The position numbers were made by a program, and so were the translations under genes. Positions 25,964 to 34,341 of a stretch of DNA of 43,783 nt are shown here, piece after piece. The notes beneath the pieces are model-generated. The model was not told where the DNA came from. It made no database searches and saw only the letters and a list, made by a program, of their open reading frames with translations. Source of the stretch: Clostridia bacterium (GTDB lineage: Bacteria; Bacillota; Clostridia; Peptostreptococcales; Anaerovoracaceae); NCBI GenBank assembly GCA_024682015.1, contig JAIKZT010000011.1, positions 1 through 43,783 of the forward strand, given 5' to 3'. The stretch's first letter is position 1; each line of letters begins with the position of its first letter.

Positions 25964-26470
25964 CTACTCCCGCAGCTGGCGGTCGAACTCCAGAGACTCC
26001 TTCTTGCCGTGGATGCGGCCGAGGCCGTACATCAGGACTGTGGCGCAGACCAGGTTGAGCCAGCCAACGGGCGATCCCTGAAAACTGTTCAGGAGCCCGA
26101 TGAACAGGTTCAGCCCGCCGATGATGGCCAGCATGCGGCCGATGCGGTCCAGATGCGCGATCTTGGAATCGATGTCGGAGTAGATGTCGAACGCGCCGTC
26201 CGCCGCTTTCTTGCGGAAATAGATCCACATTATCATGCGGCCGATGAATTCCGCGCCGGACTCTTCCATAAAGCTTACGTATCCTTCGTCATAAGGCCGC
26301 ATCTCCAGCCGCACCGTGTATTCGCCAGGCTCGCAGCGCTTAAAACGGTACGTGCACCAGCCAACGCCGTCCAGAACCCAGCCCTCGAGCGCCATCTCGT
26401 TCAGCCAGCGCTCTTCCTTGTCGAAGTCCCAGACCCAAAACCACTTTTTGATCGTCTTTCTCTCGCTCAT
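25964..26470 (-). CDS. DUF2812-like membrane protein (usual PadR partner)
   Basis: N-terminal KKWFWVWDFDKEERWLNEMALEGWVL pattern and two C-terminal TM segments. GGAGG RBS. Start lies 1 nt after the PadR stop. Confidence 0.65.
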   Translation of the reverse strand: MSERKTIKKWFWVWDFDKEERWLNEMALEGWVLDGVGWCTYRFKRCEPGEYTVRLEMRPYDEGYVSFMEESGAEFIGRMIMWIYFRKKAADGAFDIYSDIDSKIAHLDRIGRMLAIIGGLNLFIGLLNSFQGSPVGWLNLVCATVLMYGLGRIHGKKESLEFDRQLRE

Positions 26471-26471
26471 G

Positions 26472-26795
26472 CTATGCCTCCTGCGCCTTTCCCAAAATGC
26501 GCTCCCCGTTGTCCGCCAGTTCCCTCAGCCGCGCCACTTCCTTTTCCAGGATGACCCGGCCGCGCTGCGTCAGCTGATACTCTTTCTTGCGGCTGCCGCT
26601 CTCAACGGGCAGCTGTTCGATCCAGCCCTTGTCCACCATGGCGCTGAGTGCGCCGTACAGAGTGCCCGCCGCCAGCCGTACCCGGCCTTTGGACAGTTCC
26701 TCCGCCTGCTGCATGATCCCGTAGCCGTGCTGCGGACTGACCAGCGAAAGCAGGATGTAGTAGGTGCTTTCCGTTAATGCTATGCTGTCTATCAT
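26472..26795 (-). CDS. PadR family transcriptional regulator
   Basis: Winged-helix pattern YYILLSLVSPQHGYGIMQ ... GTLYGALSAMVDKGWIE. Confidence 0.85.
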   Translation of the reverse strand: MIDSIALTESTYYILLSLVSPQHGYGIMQQAEELSKGRVRLAAGTLYGALSAMVDKGWIEQLPVESGSRKKEYQLTQRGRVILEKEVARLRELADNGERILGKAQEA

Positions 26796-26799
26796 ACGT

Positions 26800-26881
26800 T
26801 CACTTCTTTCTATCGGCGACCGCTATATCGCCTCTCGATATATCGTGATTAGAGTATATCGGATGACGATATAATTGTCAA
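26800..26881 (-). promoter_or_regulatory. Promoter plus ATATCG/CGATAT operator-like repeats upstream of the PadR operon
   Basis: On the minus strand: TTGACA (26876-26881), 17-nt spacer, TATACT (26853-26858). ATATCG-N5-CGATAT lies in the spacer/-10 region. The CGATATATCG palindrome and another CGATAT lie in the leader. Confidence 0.55.
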
Positions 26882-26905
26882 CGGGTTTTTGAAAAATTTT
26901 TCAGG

Positions 26906-26951
26906 ATAAAAAAGGACGGTTTTCCCCGATGAGATCGAGGAAAAACCGCCC
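26906..26951 (-). terminator. Intrinsic terminator downstream of the SPFH operon
   Basis: On the minus strand: GGGCGGTTTTTCC ... GGAAAACCGTCC hairpin followed by TTTTTTATCC. Confidence 0.65.
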
Positions 26952-26977
26952 GCTTTACCGTTATTGGGTCCGGTTTC

Positions 26978-27526
26978 TCAATATTCTCCGTTGTCCACGG
27001 AATCGTCGTGCTCCGCGAACAGATGGTAGCGCTTCAGCATCTCCGCATCGCAGCTCGCCGCGTGAGAGGCACCCAGATCCATCAGATCGCCGCGGCGCAG
27101 GATGCGCTCCTCTTCGCGCATCTGCCGCGCCAGCCAGTCGTGCTGGCGATCGTCCTTCATGAACGTTTCCGCCAGACTGGATCTGCCTTCCGCTCTCATC
27201 GAAGAGCCCAGCGATTTGCCCAGGGCGCGCTTGTCCGAGACCTTGGAAGGCTCAAGCGTTGCCGGCGCGTGATACTCACCGGAGTTGCCGGACGACAGCG
27301 GCCGTACCAGCTTGCCGCTGCCCGAAGACCTGCCCGGCCCGCTCCAGGCGGACGGCGTCTGCTGCGTATTCTGCCGCAGCCACGCGTTCGGATCGCCCTG
27401 GCTTCTGCGGGTGTTCTTTGCGGCCTTGCTGACCCTGCTCAGCACGAACAGTACGACGATCAGCGGCAGGATGCTGCTGAGAAAAGCAAATATACCGGCT
27501 ATCATCTCCTGCACCCCGCCGTACAT
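26978..27526 (-). CDS. Hypothetical N-terminally membrane-anchored protein, translationally coupled to the SPFH gene
   Basis: One N-terminal TM segment, a low-complexity S/G/P linker and a charged C-terminal region. Its ATG overlaps the SPFH stop (TAATG). Confidence 0.5.
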   Translation of the reverse strand: MYGGVQEMIAGIFAFLSSILPLIVVLFVLSRVSKAAKNTRRSQGDPNAWLRQNTQQTPSAWSGPGRSSGSGKLVRPLSSGNSGEYHAPATLEPSKVSDKRALGKSLGSSMRAEGRSSLAETFMKDDRQHDWLARQMREEERILRRGDLMDLGASHAASCDAEMLKRYHLFAEHDDSVDNGEY

Positions 27527-28443
27527 TATTCGGCCTTGCCTTCCTTGGCAGGCTCATCCTTGACGGCAGCAGACAGCGCGCCGAGCGTGCCTGCCAGATT
27601 GGCGATGTCGGAGGGCACGATGATCTTCGTGGCCTTGCCGTCCGCCATCTTTTCGGCGGTCTTGTAGCTCTCCAGCGTGATGTAACCGGCCGACGGGCCC
27701 GCCTCGTTGATGAGCTTGATACCTTCGGCCCGCGCCTTCTGCACGGCGAGCAGGGCTTCGGCTTCACCTTCAGCCTCGCGGATGCGCTGCTGCTTGACGG
27801 CTTCTGCGCGCAGGATCGCGGCTTCCTTTTCACCTTCGGCGAGCGTGATCGCGCTCTGCTTCTTACCTTCGGCGGTGAGGATCGCTTCTCTCTTTTCGCG
27901 TTCAGCCTTCATCTGCTTTTCCATCGCTTCCTGGATGCTGCGCGGCGGCGCGATGTTCTTGACCTCAACGCGGCTGACCTTGATGCCCCACTTGTCCGTT
28001 GCGTTGTCGAGGATGGACGTGATGCGGCTGTTGATGTCGTCGCGGCTCGTGAGCGTTTCGTCCAGCGTCATGGAACCGATGATGTTGCGCAGCGTCGTCG
28101 CAGACAGGTTCTCGATGGCGGCGATGGGACGCTCCACGCCGTAGGCGAACAGCTTCGCGTCGAAAATGTAGAAGAACACGACCGAGTCGACCATCATCGT
28201 AACGTTGTCCTTCGTGATGACCGGCTGCGGTTCAAAGTCCGCGACCTGCTCCTTCAGGGACACTTTCTTGACGATGCGATGAATGATGGGCACCTTGAAG
28301 TGCAGGCCGGCGCCCCAGGTCGCCTTGTACTGGCCGAGCGCTTCCACGATCCACGCGCTTGCCTGCGGTACGATGCAGATGCAGCGAATGGCGAGGATGA
28401 TCAGCAGCAGAACGATGATCACACCAATGATAGTTCCTAACAT
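27526..28443 (-). CDS. SPFH/Band 7 (stomatin/prohibitin-like) domain protein
   Basis: N-terminal TM segment, SPFH core (VDSVVFFYIFD ... WGIKVSRVEVKNI) and an EA-rich coiled region. AAAGGAGAA RBS. Confidence 0.88.
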   Translation of the reverse strand: MLGTIIGVIIVLLLIILAIRCICIVPQASAWIVEALGQYKATWGAGLHFKVPIIHRIVKKVSLKEQVADFEPQPVITKDNVTMMVDSVVFFYIFDAKLFAYGVERPIAAIENLSATTLRNIIGSMTLDETLTSRDDINSRITSILDNATDKWGIKVSRVEVKNIAPPRSIQEAMEKQMKAEREKREAILTAEGKKQSAITLAEGEKEAAILRAEAVKQQRIREAEGEAEALLAVQKARAEGIKLINEAGPSAGYITLESYKTAEKMADGKATKIIVPSDIANLAGTLGALSAAVKDEPAKEGKAE

Positions 28444-28646
28444 CTCTTTCTCCTTTTCTTCCTTTTGCGTTTCCGGGCGGTGACCCGCCCATTTTCTGAA
28501 AAAACTCTTGCAAGACCCATTTATGGGACTTTACGCGTGTTATGATGGCTCCGTCTTAAAGAAGAGAGCCGCCGCGCACGTATTTCCGGTTCATTTGTTC
28601 GCACAAAACCAAACTCTGCGGCGGCTTTTTCGTGCGATCTTCTGCG

Positions 28647-29180
28647 CTAAGGAACCAGATTCTCCTCTTTCATGTTCTTCGACAGGATGCTCCAAACCGT
28701 CCAGAACGATTCCTTGCCATTATCGGGCATGTGCTCGGACGTGACCCGGGTGTACTCCCCATCGCGGTAGAATTTCGTCACGTACAGGAAGCCCGTGATC
28801 CCGCTGTAGTCGTCGTGGTCCTTCCACGCGCCCATCTCCGCCTTGTCGATGGCCGCCATGGCCTCGTCGTAGACCGAGACCGGAACGATGTAGCTGACCT
28901 CTTTTTCGGGCGCCTCTTCGCTCTCGCGGGTATAACTCGTGAGCGTAAGGTGTTCCGCGTCGAGGCTGTAGAGGACGAGCTCGGAATAATGGGTGTCGCC
29001 GGGGACCGCCTGCGGCTGTTCGAAATAGTCGATCAGCAGCGTTCCTTCTTTCAGCCCTTCCAGCGCGTCCGAATACGTCGGCGCATCGATTTCTTCCACG
29101 TTTGCCTTCTTTCCCTTGCAGCCCGCCATCGTCAGTGCAAGCGTCAATATGAGCAGCAGAATGAGGATGAGCCTCTTCAT
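28647..29180 (-). CDS. Hypothetical lipoprotein
   Basis: Signal peptide with lipobox LTMAGC; GGAGGGAAGG RBS. Confidence 0.6.
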   Translation of the reverse strand: MKRLILILLLILTLALTMAGCKGKKANVEEIDAPTYSDALEGLKEGTLLIDYFEQPQAVPGDTHYSELVLYSLDAEHLTLTSYTRESEEAPEKEVSYIVPVSVYDEAMAAIDKAEMGAWKDHDDYSGITGFLYVTKFYRDGEYTRVTSEHMPDNGKESFWTVWSILSKNMKEENLVP

Positions 29181-29192
29181 CGCCCTTCCCTC

Positions 29193-30062
29193 CTATTCCA
29201 GGGGTTTGCCGGTGAGCAGTTCGAAGGCCTGCTCGTACTTGGCGATGGTCTTGTCCACGATGTCCTGCGGCAGCGTCCAGTCGTGCTCGTTGGCCTTGAG
29301 CCAGTCGCGGGCGAACTGCTTGTCGAAGGAGGGCTGACCCTTGCCGGGTTCATAGCCTTCCAGCGGCCAGAAGCGGGAGCTGTCGGGCGTCAGCATCTCG
29401 TCACCCAGCACGATGTTTCCGTCTTCGTCCAGGCCGAACTCGAACTTCGTGTCCGCGATGATGATGCCTCTCTCCAGCGCATACGCCGCGCACTTTTTGT
29501 AGAGCTTCAGCGTAAGGTCGCGCAGGGCGCAGGCGTATTTGTAGCCGCAGCCGGGGAAGCGGTCCTCGAGCCAGACGACGCTCTCCAGGAAGGAGATGTT
29601 CTCGTCGTGATCGCCCAGATCCGCCTTCGTGGACGGCGTGTAGATGGGCTCGGGCAGCTGCTGGCATTCCTTTAGCCCTTCGGGCAGGCGGATGCCGCAG
29701 ACAGTGCCGTCCTTCTGGTAGCTCGCCCAGCCGCTGCCGGTGATGTATCCGCGTACGACGCATTCCACGGGCAGCATCGTGAGCTTTTTGACCATCATGC
29801 TGTTCCCGTCGAAGCGCGGCTGGCGGAAGAACTCCGGCATGTCGTTTACGTCCGTGGAGATCATGTGGTTGGGCACGATGTCCTGCGTGAGCTCAAACCA
29901 GAACTTCGACATCTGGGTGAGCACTTTTCCTTTTTTGCTGACGGTATTGTGCAGGATCACGTCGAAGCAGCTGATCCGGTCGGTAGCGACCAGGATGAGG
30001 CTGTCGCCGATGTCGTAGATCTCGCGGACTTTTCCTTCCTTGATGGGCTTGTATTCTGTCAT
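29193..30062 (-). CDS. purC: Phosphoribosylaminoimidazole-succinocarboxamide synthase
   Basis: GKVREIYD, LVATDRISCFD and ADTKFEFG motifs. AAGGAGGGAG RBS before ATG 30062; the track ORF start at 30113 lacks an RBS. Confidence 0.9.
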   Translation of the reverse strand: MTEYKPIKEGKVREIYDIGDSLILVATDRISCFDVILHNTVSKKGKVLTQMSKFWFELTQDIVPNHMISTDVNDMPEFFRQPRFDGNSMMVKKLTMLPVECVVRGYITGSGWASYQKDGTVCGIRLPEGLKECQQLPEPIYTPSTKADLGDHDENISFLESVVWLEDRFPGCGYKYACALRDLTLKLYKKCAAYALERGIIIADTKFEFGLDEDGNIVLGDEMLTPDSSRFWPLEGYEPGKGQPSFDKQFARDWLKANEHDWTLPQDIVDKTIAKYEQAFELLTGKPLE

Positions 30063-30139
30063 GGACTCCCTCCTTGCAACGCGCACTATTTTCCTTATTT
30101 TAGAATAATACAAAAGCGGCCCTGCCGCAAGGGTCTTGT

Positions 30140-30168
30140 TTGACTAATCCGCCAAGTTCCTCTATAAT
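30140..30168 (+). promoter_or_regulatory. Sigma-A-type promoter of the DUF308 gene
   Basis: TTGACT (30140-30145), 17-nt spacer, TATAAT (30163-30168). Confidence 0.6.
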
Positions 30169-30193
30169 GGATTAGTTTCAGAAAGGTTTCATC

Positions 30194-31732
30194 ATGAGAA
30201 TACTGACCGTCATATCCGGCATCCTGCTGGCCGCAGCGGGAGCCTTCACATTCGCGTTTTATACGAACGCGTTCACGGGACTCGCGTTCATCCTCGGCAG
30301 CGTCATGCTCGTCTCGGGGCTCTGCAGTCTCGGCGCGTACATCATCTCCGGCAGGACGAACCGTCTGCCCGACACCGTGCTGGTCGAGGGCATGGTCTGC
30401 GCCCTGTTCGGGTTTGCCGTGCTCAACAACTCCGTGTCCGACGCCATGGTCGTGCTGTTCTTCGGCACGTGGATGACCCTGGCAGGGGTCACCCGCATCT
30501 CGCAGAGTTTCGCGGTGAGCCGCTTCAGGCCGAAAGACTGGGCGAAGATCATGCCGCTGGCCATGATGGGCACCATTCTGGGGCTCATCATGCTGATGCC
30601 TTCGCTCACGAGCGAGATCGACCCCATGTTCCTGGTCGGCGGAGCGTTCATCGTCAACGGGTTTTCCCAGCTCATCTACGCCATGTACATGCGCAAGCAC
30701 AAGCTGACGCAGCGCGAGATCGAGGCGCAGGAGCGCGCGGAAGCCAGAAAGATCGCCAAGGAAGCCGAGCGCATGGAGCGCGACAAGAACCGCAGCGTCA
30801 GCTGGCACGAGCGCGAAGAAAAGCGCGAGGAGGAGCGGCGTCAGGAAAAGCACCGCCTCGCCGAGCAGCGGGCCGCCAAGATGCAGGAACTGCAGGAAAG
30901 GCGCGCCTCGCGCAGGCCGGCCGAAGAGGCCACCATGGAGTTTACGCCCGAGGAAGTGGCGGAGATCCGGGCTGCGGCGGGCGCACAGGAACAGGATGGC
31001 ACGCAGCCGGAGGCAGTATCGCCGGGCAGCCAGCCCGAGGAACCCTTCGCGCAGGATGAGCCTATCGAAGAGATCCCAGCAGAAGAAGCGCCTGCAGAAG
31101 AGACGGTGACAACGGAGCAGGCCCCGGAGCCTTCCGCAGAGGAATCCGCTGCGGAAGAGCCGGGCGAAACGCCTGCCCGCGAGGAGGCGTTCCCTGCGGA
31201 GGAGGCTGAAGAAGAGCCCGCGCCCGTTGAAGAAAGCGCGGTTTCCAAGGAGGCCGAGGCCGAACCCGAGCCGCAATTCTCCGAGGAAGAGTTCCTCCGC
31301 GAGACGCGCGAAAAGGCAAAGGCGCCCGTCTGGAAGGCGCCGGAAAACATTCCGTCGCTTCGCGCCGCCATGAAGGCCGAACCTGCGGAGACCCCTGCTC
31401 CGGCCGCAAAGGAGCCGGAAGAGCTCGTCCCCGCCAAGCGCGCGGCCGTCAACATCGAGAAGATCGAAGAAGGCCTGACGAGCGTGGAATTCGCCCCCAT
31501 CGAACTGCCGCAGCTGGAACTGGCGTCGGAAGGCGGCGAAGCGGAAGCGCGCGGCGAGATCATCCAGGAACTGGAGAAGGAAGTGAAGAAGGAAGACCCC
31601 TTCAAGCCCTTCCAGGCGCTCAAACTGGAGGACCTGTTCGGCGACGATTACGTTCCCCTGCGCGAAAAGGATCCCAAGGAAGCCACCCGCTTCACCCAGT
31701 CCCTCAATCTGGACTGGACGAAGAGACCGTAG
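30194..31732 (+). CDS. HdeD/DUF308-like membrane domain protein with a long E/P/A-rich acidic tail
   Basis: About 170-aa N-terminal multi-TM domain, followed by a charged coiled segment and a low-complexity acidic region. Confidence 0.65.
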   Translation: MRILTVISGILLAAAGAFTFAFYTNAFTGLAFILGSVMLVSGLCSLGAYIISGRTNRLPDTVLVEGMVCALFGFAVLNNSVSDAMVVLFFGTWMTLAGVTRISQSFAVSRFRPKDWAKIMPLAMMGTILGLIMLMPSLTSEIDPMFLVGGAFIVNGFSQLIYAMYMRKHKLTQREIEAQERAEARKIAKEAERMERDKNRSVSWHEREEKREEERRQEKHRLAEQRAAKMQELQERRASRRPAEEATMEFTPEEVAEIRAAAGAQEQDGTQPEAVSPGSQPEEPFAQDEPIEEIPAEEAPAEETVTTEQAPEPSAEESAAEEPGETPAREEAFPAEEAEEEPAPVEESAVSKEAEAEPEPQFSEEEFLRETREKAKAPVWKAPENIPSLRAAMKAEPAETPAPAAKEPEELVPAKRAAVNIEKIEEGLTSVEFAPIELPQLELASEGGEAEARGEIIQELEKEVKKEDPFKPFQALKLEDLFGDDYVPLREKDPKEATRFTQSLNLDWTKRP

Positions 31733-31786
31733 GAAGTCCTCTGTGGTATCCTGCTTTCCCCCGGGCATATCCCCTTTATAAACACG

Positions 31787-31824
31787 CCCCGCAGAAAGTT
31801 TCATGAGCTTCTGCGGGGTTTTTG
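31787..31824. terminator. Bidirectional intrinsic terminator between the DUF308 gene and the ABC-F gene
   Basis: CCCCGCAGAA (31787-31796) / TTCTGCGGGG (31809-31818), followed by TTTTTGC on the + strand. Confidence 0.7.
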
Positions 31825-31886
31825 CATGGATCCCCGGAAGGTCAGACAGACGCGCGGGCACCGTGCCATCCGCCGCATGCAGGGGA

Positions 31887-33443
31887 TCAGCGGCGCTTCA
31901 GAAGCCCTTGCTCCGTCAGTTCGAAGACGGTCCCGCACACCTCTTCGATGTACTTGCGGTCGTGGGATACGCTGATGACCGCGCCCGGAAAGCCCGCGAG
32001 CATGCCGCGGATGACCGGGCCGGACAGGGGCGAGAAGTTTCTGGTCGGCTCATCGAGCAGGAGCGCGTTGGCGCCGGAGAGGTTCAGACGCAGCAGGAAG
32101 ATCTTCGCCTGCTGCCCGCCGGACAGTTCCTTTGCCGGATGTTCCATTTCCGCGGTCGTAAACCGCAGGGCGCCCAGAAACGTCCGGACCATCGTGCGCT
32201 CCTCCGCACCGCCTTTCGTGCAGATGCAGTCCACGGGATTCTGTTCCAGATCGAGCAGATCCGCGTAGTTCTGCGGCATGTAGGCGGCGCGGATGTCCGT
32301 CCGGACCTTCAGCTGTTCCCAGACAGCCCGCAGCAGCGTCGTCTTGCCGCAACCGTTAGGACCGATGATGCAGACCTTTTCCGGACCGCGCACGAGCAGG
32401 CGGATGTCCGAAGCGAGCAGGCGGCTGTCCGGAGCCTTCAGCTGCGGGAGCGCAAAGTCCAGCACGGTCTTGCCGGCCGGGATGGGCTGTGCGTTTTCCC
32501 CCAGCGTGAAGTCGATCGGGTTCTCCTTGACAGGCTTTTCGGTCATCTGCGCGTCTTCACGCTCAAAGCGCTTTTTCAGCGACTTGACCGTGTGCATCTT
32601 GTCCTTGAGGTTCCTGGCAGCCTGCATCGGATCGGGCATGTCCTTGCCGGCATGGTTGATCGTGACCTGCGCGCGGGCTACGCTCTGCAGGATGCGTCTG
32701 TACTTTTCATCGCGGATGCGCTTGTCCCGCGCGTCGCTCGCCGCCTGCTGGGCCTGCTTTTCGAACGCGTTCAGCCGTTCCCGCGCGTACTGCGCGTACG
32801 GCATGCGCGCCACCGTATGGCGGCACTGCTGCTTGCGGTGCACCTGCTCCAGGTGGATGACCACGCCGGCCGTGCGCTCGATCAGCGTCTCGTCGTGCGA
32901 AATGAAGAGGACGATGCCGGGGAAGCCAAGGATGACCCGCTCCAGGTACTCGAGCGCGCCGATGTCGATGTCGTTGGACGGCTCATCCAGCAGAAGGACC
33001 GTCGGCTGGGAGATCAGCAGGCGCAGCAGCTGGACCTTGACCTTCTCCCCGCCCGACAGGCTGCCCATGCGCTGATCGCTGTAGCAGATGTCCGCGCTCA
33101 GCCCGAGGCGGGCGGTTTCCTTCGCCAGCTTGCCGGGCGGAGTGTCGAAGAACAGAGGTTCCTCGCAGAAAAACTCGTAGACGGTCCTTTCCGCATCCTG
33201 CAGGGACAGCTGCTGCGGCAGATATGCAAGCCGCTCGCGGGCAGCGCTCAGGATTCCATCCGCTTCCGCATAGTCCTCGATCAGGGCGGGATCCGCGATC
33301 CACTTCAGCAGCGTGGACTTGCCGTTGCCCTCCTCCCCGATGATCACGGCCTTGTCGCCCGCGTTCAGCGTGCAGGAAAAGTCCTCCAGGATCGTCCGCA
33401 GATCCTTCGTGTGGACGATCGTCAGATGTTGTATTTGAAGCAT
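31887..33443 (-). CDS. ABC-F family ATPase, possible ARE-type ribosome-protection protein
   Basis: Two NBDs: Walker A GEEGNGKST and GPNGCGKTT, signatures LSGGEKVK and LSGGQQAK. No TM domain. Charged interdomain linker of about 80 aa. GAGGTGAT RBS before ATG 33443. Confidence 0.85.
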   Translation of the reverse strand: MLQIQHLTIVHTKDLRTILEDFSCTLNAGDKAVIIGEEGNGKSTLLKWIADPALIEDYAEADGILSAARERLAYLPQQLSLQDAERTVYEFFCEEPLFFDTPPGKLAKETARLGLSADICYSDQRMGSLSGGEKVKVQLLRLLISQPTVLLLDEPSNDIDIGALEYLERVILGFPGIVLFISHDETLIERTAGVVIHLEQVHRKQQCRHTVARMPYAQYARERLNAFEKQAQQAASDARDKRIRDEKYRRILQSVARAQVTINHAGKDMPDPMQAARNLKDKMHTVKSLKKRFEREDAQMTEKPVKENPIDFTLGENAQPIPAGKTVLDFALPQLKAPDSRLLASDIRLLVRGPEKVCIIGPNGCGKTTLLRAVWEQLKVRTDIRAAYMPQNYADLLDLEQNPVDCICTKGGAEERTMVRTFLGALRFTTAEMEHPAKELSGGQQAKIFLLRLNLSGANALLLDEPTRNFSPLSGPVIRGMLAGFPGAVISVSHDRKYIEEVCGTVFELTEQGLLKRR

Positions 33444-33460
33444 GTCGATATCACCTCGCA

Positions 33461-33494
33461 ATAAAAAGGCCCGTTTCGCAGGCGAAACAGACCC
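33461..33494 (-). terminator. Attenuator-type intrinsic terminator in the ABC-F leader
   Basis: On the minus strand: GGGUCUGUUUCG-CCUG-CGAAACGGGCC followed by UUUUUAUU, ending about 10 nt before the SD of the ABC-F gene. Confidence 0.55.
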
Positions 33495-33822
33495 AAACAA
33501 AAAGCGCCATTGATATCGATGCGATCAACAGGGCTTCTGAACGGCGATCTGATTCGGCCTGCGCACAAAAGGAAGGCACCCCGTAGAGGAGCCCTGCTGA
33601 CGCAAGATCCAAATCAAATCGTTATTTTCTCATCGGCTACCTGTTATCCCTTCTCAAAATCTCTTGTATTGTTATGATACACCGCCCGGCAGGCCTTCGC
33701 AAGAAGGCCGCCCGGTTTGTAACATGATTTTCATATAACCGCGCTTATACTCTCTTCCGGCTGTCCTTAACGCTATTTACACCATTCAAAAGTCCGCCAT
33801 ACAGCAGCCTTCCCTAAGCCGA

Positions 33823-33985
33823 GAAAGAAGGTGCGATGTTACCAAAGCCGCTTATCTGCTGGTTTGGTAACTGAATTTCGTTGCAGTTATCGCGAAACAC
33901 TGCCAAATGGAACGATTCGGCGCCTATTTCGTTACCGTTCGCAAAAACCCAACTGGATGGTAACCATTTTTCGTTACCATAAGAA
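33823..33985 (-). repeat. R module copy A (GGTAAC/GTTACC hairpin array)
   Basis: Aligns base-for-base with copy B at an offset of 244 bp. Contains GGTAAC-N8-GTTACC at 33959-33978 and degenerate sites at 33866-33885 and 33909-33936. Confidence 0.8.
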
Positions 33986-34066
33986 ACCAGCATAACCCAC
34001 AGGTCCGCTACTGCCACATCCTAACCATTGATTCTAACATCATCCGCGCACCTGCCTTTGATTGGT

Positions 34067-34229
34067 GAAAGAAGGTGCGACGTTACCATGGCCGCTTATT
34101 TGCTGGTTTGGTAGCTGAATGTCGTTGCCGTTATCGCGAAACACTGCCAAAGGGAACGATTTGGAACCTTTTTCATTACCATTCGCCAAATCTCAATCAG
34201 ATGGTAACCTTTTTTCGTTACCACAAGGA
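34067..34229 (-). repeat. R module copy B
   Basis: Same about 160-bp module as copy A. GGTAAC-N8-GTTACC at 34203-34222. Confidence 0.8.
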
Positions 34230-34261
34230 CTAACACAATCCGTAACACTGCAGGAGCACGG

Positions 34262-34316
34262 TCTTTTATGCCACGCAAAATGCACAGATCTGGCGCCCTA
34301 CCTTTTCCGTACGAAC
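34262..34316 (-). repeat. Duplicated 3'-terminal fragment of the orphan gene
   Basis: About 55 bp (cacggtcttttatgccacgcaaaatgcacagatctggcgccctaccttttccgt) match 34330-34386, the stop-codon region of the CDS, with a 68-bp offset and a handful of substitutions. Confidence 0.7.
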
Positions 34317-34341
34317 CACAGCGCTGTAGAAACACGTCCTT

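Noticed and set aside
33690-33712. Promoter for the ABC-F leader: TTGCGA-17-TATCAT on the minus strand around 33676-33705
   Set aside because: The putative -35 lies in the loop of a perfect GGCCTTC-GCAA-GAAGGCC hairpin and the -10 is weak. This is too uncertain to list as a feature.
33814-34335. Small minus-strand ORFs (67 and 79 aa) and mini-ORFs with GAAGGTG-ATG inside R modules A and B
   Set aside because: The two near-identical DNA copies are open in different frames or lose the start codon (ATG versus ACG). Conservation is therefore at the DNA/RNA level, not the protein level.
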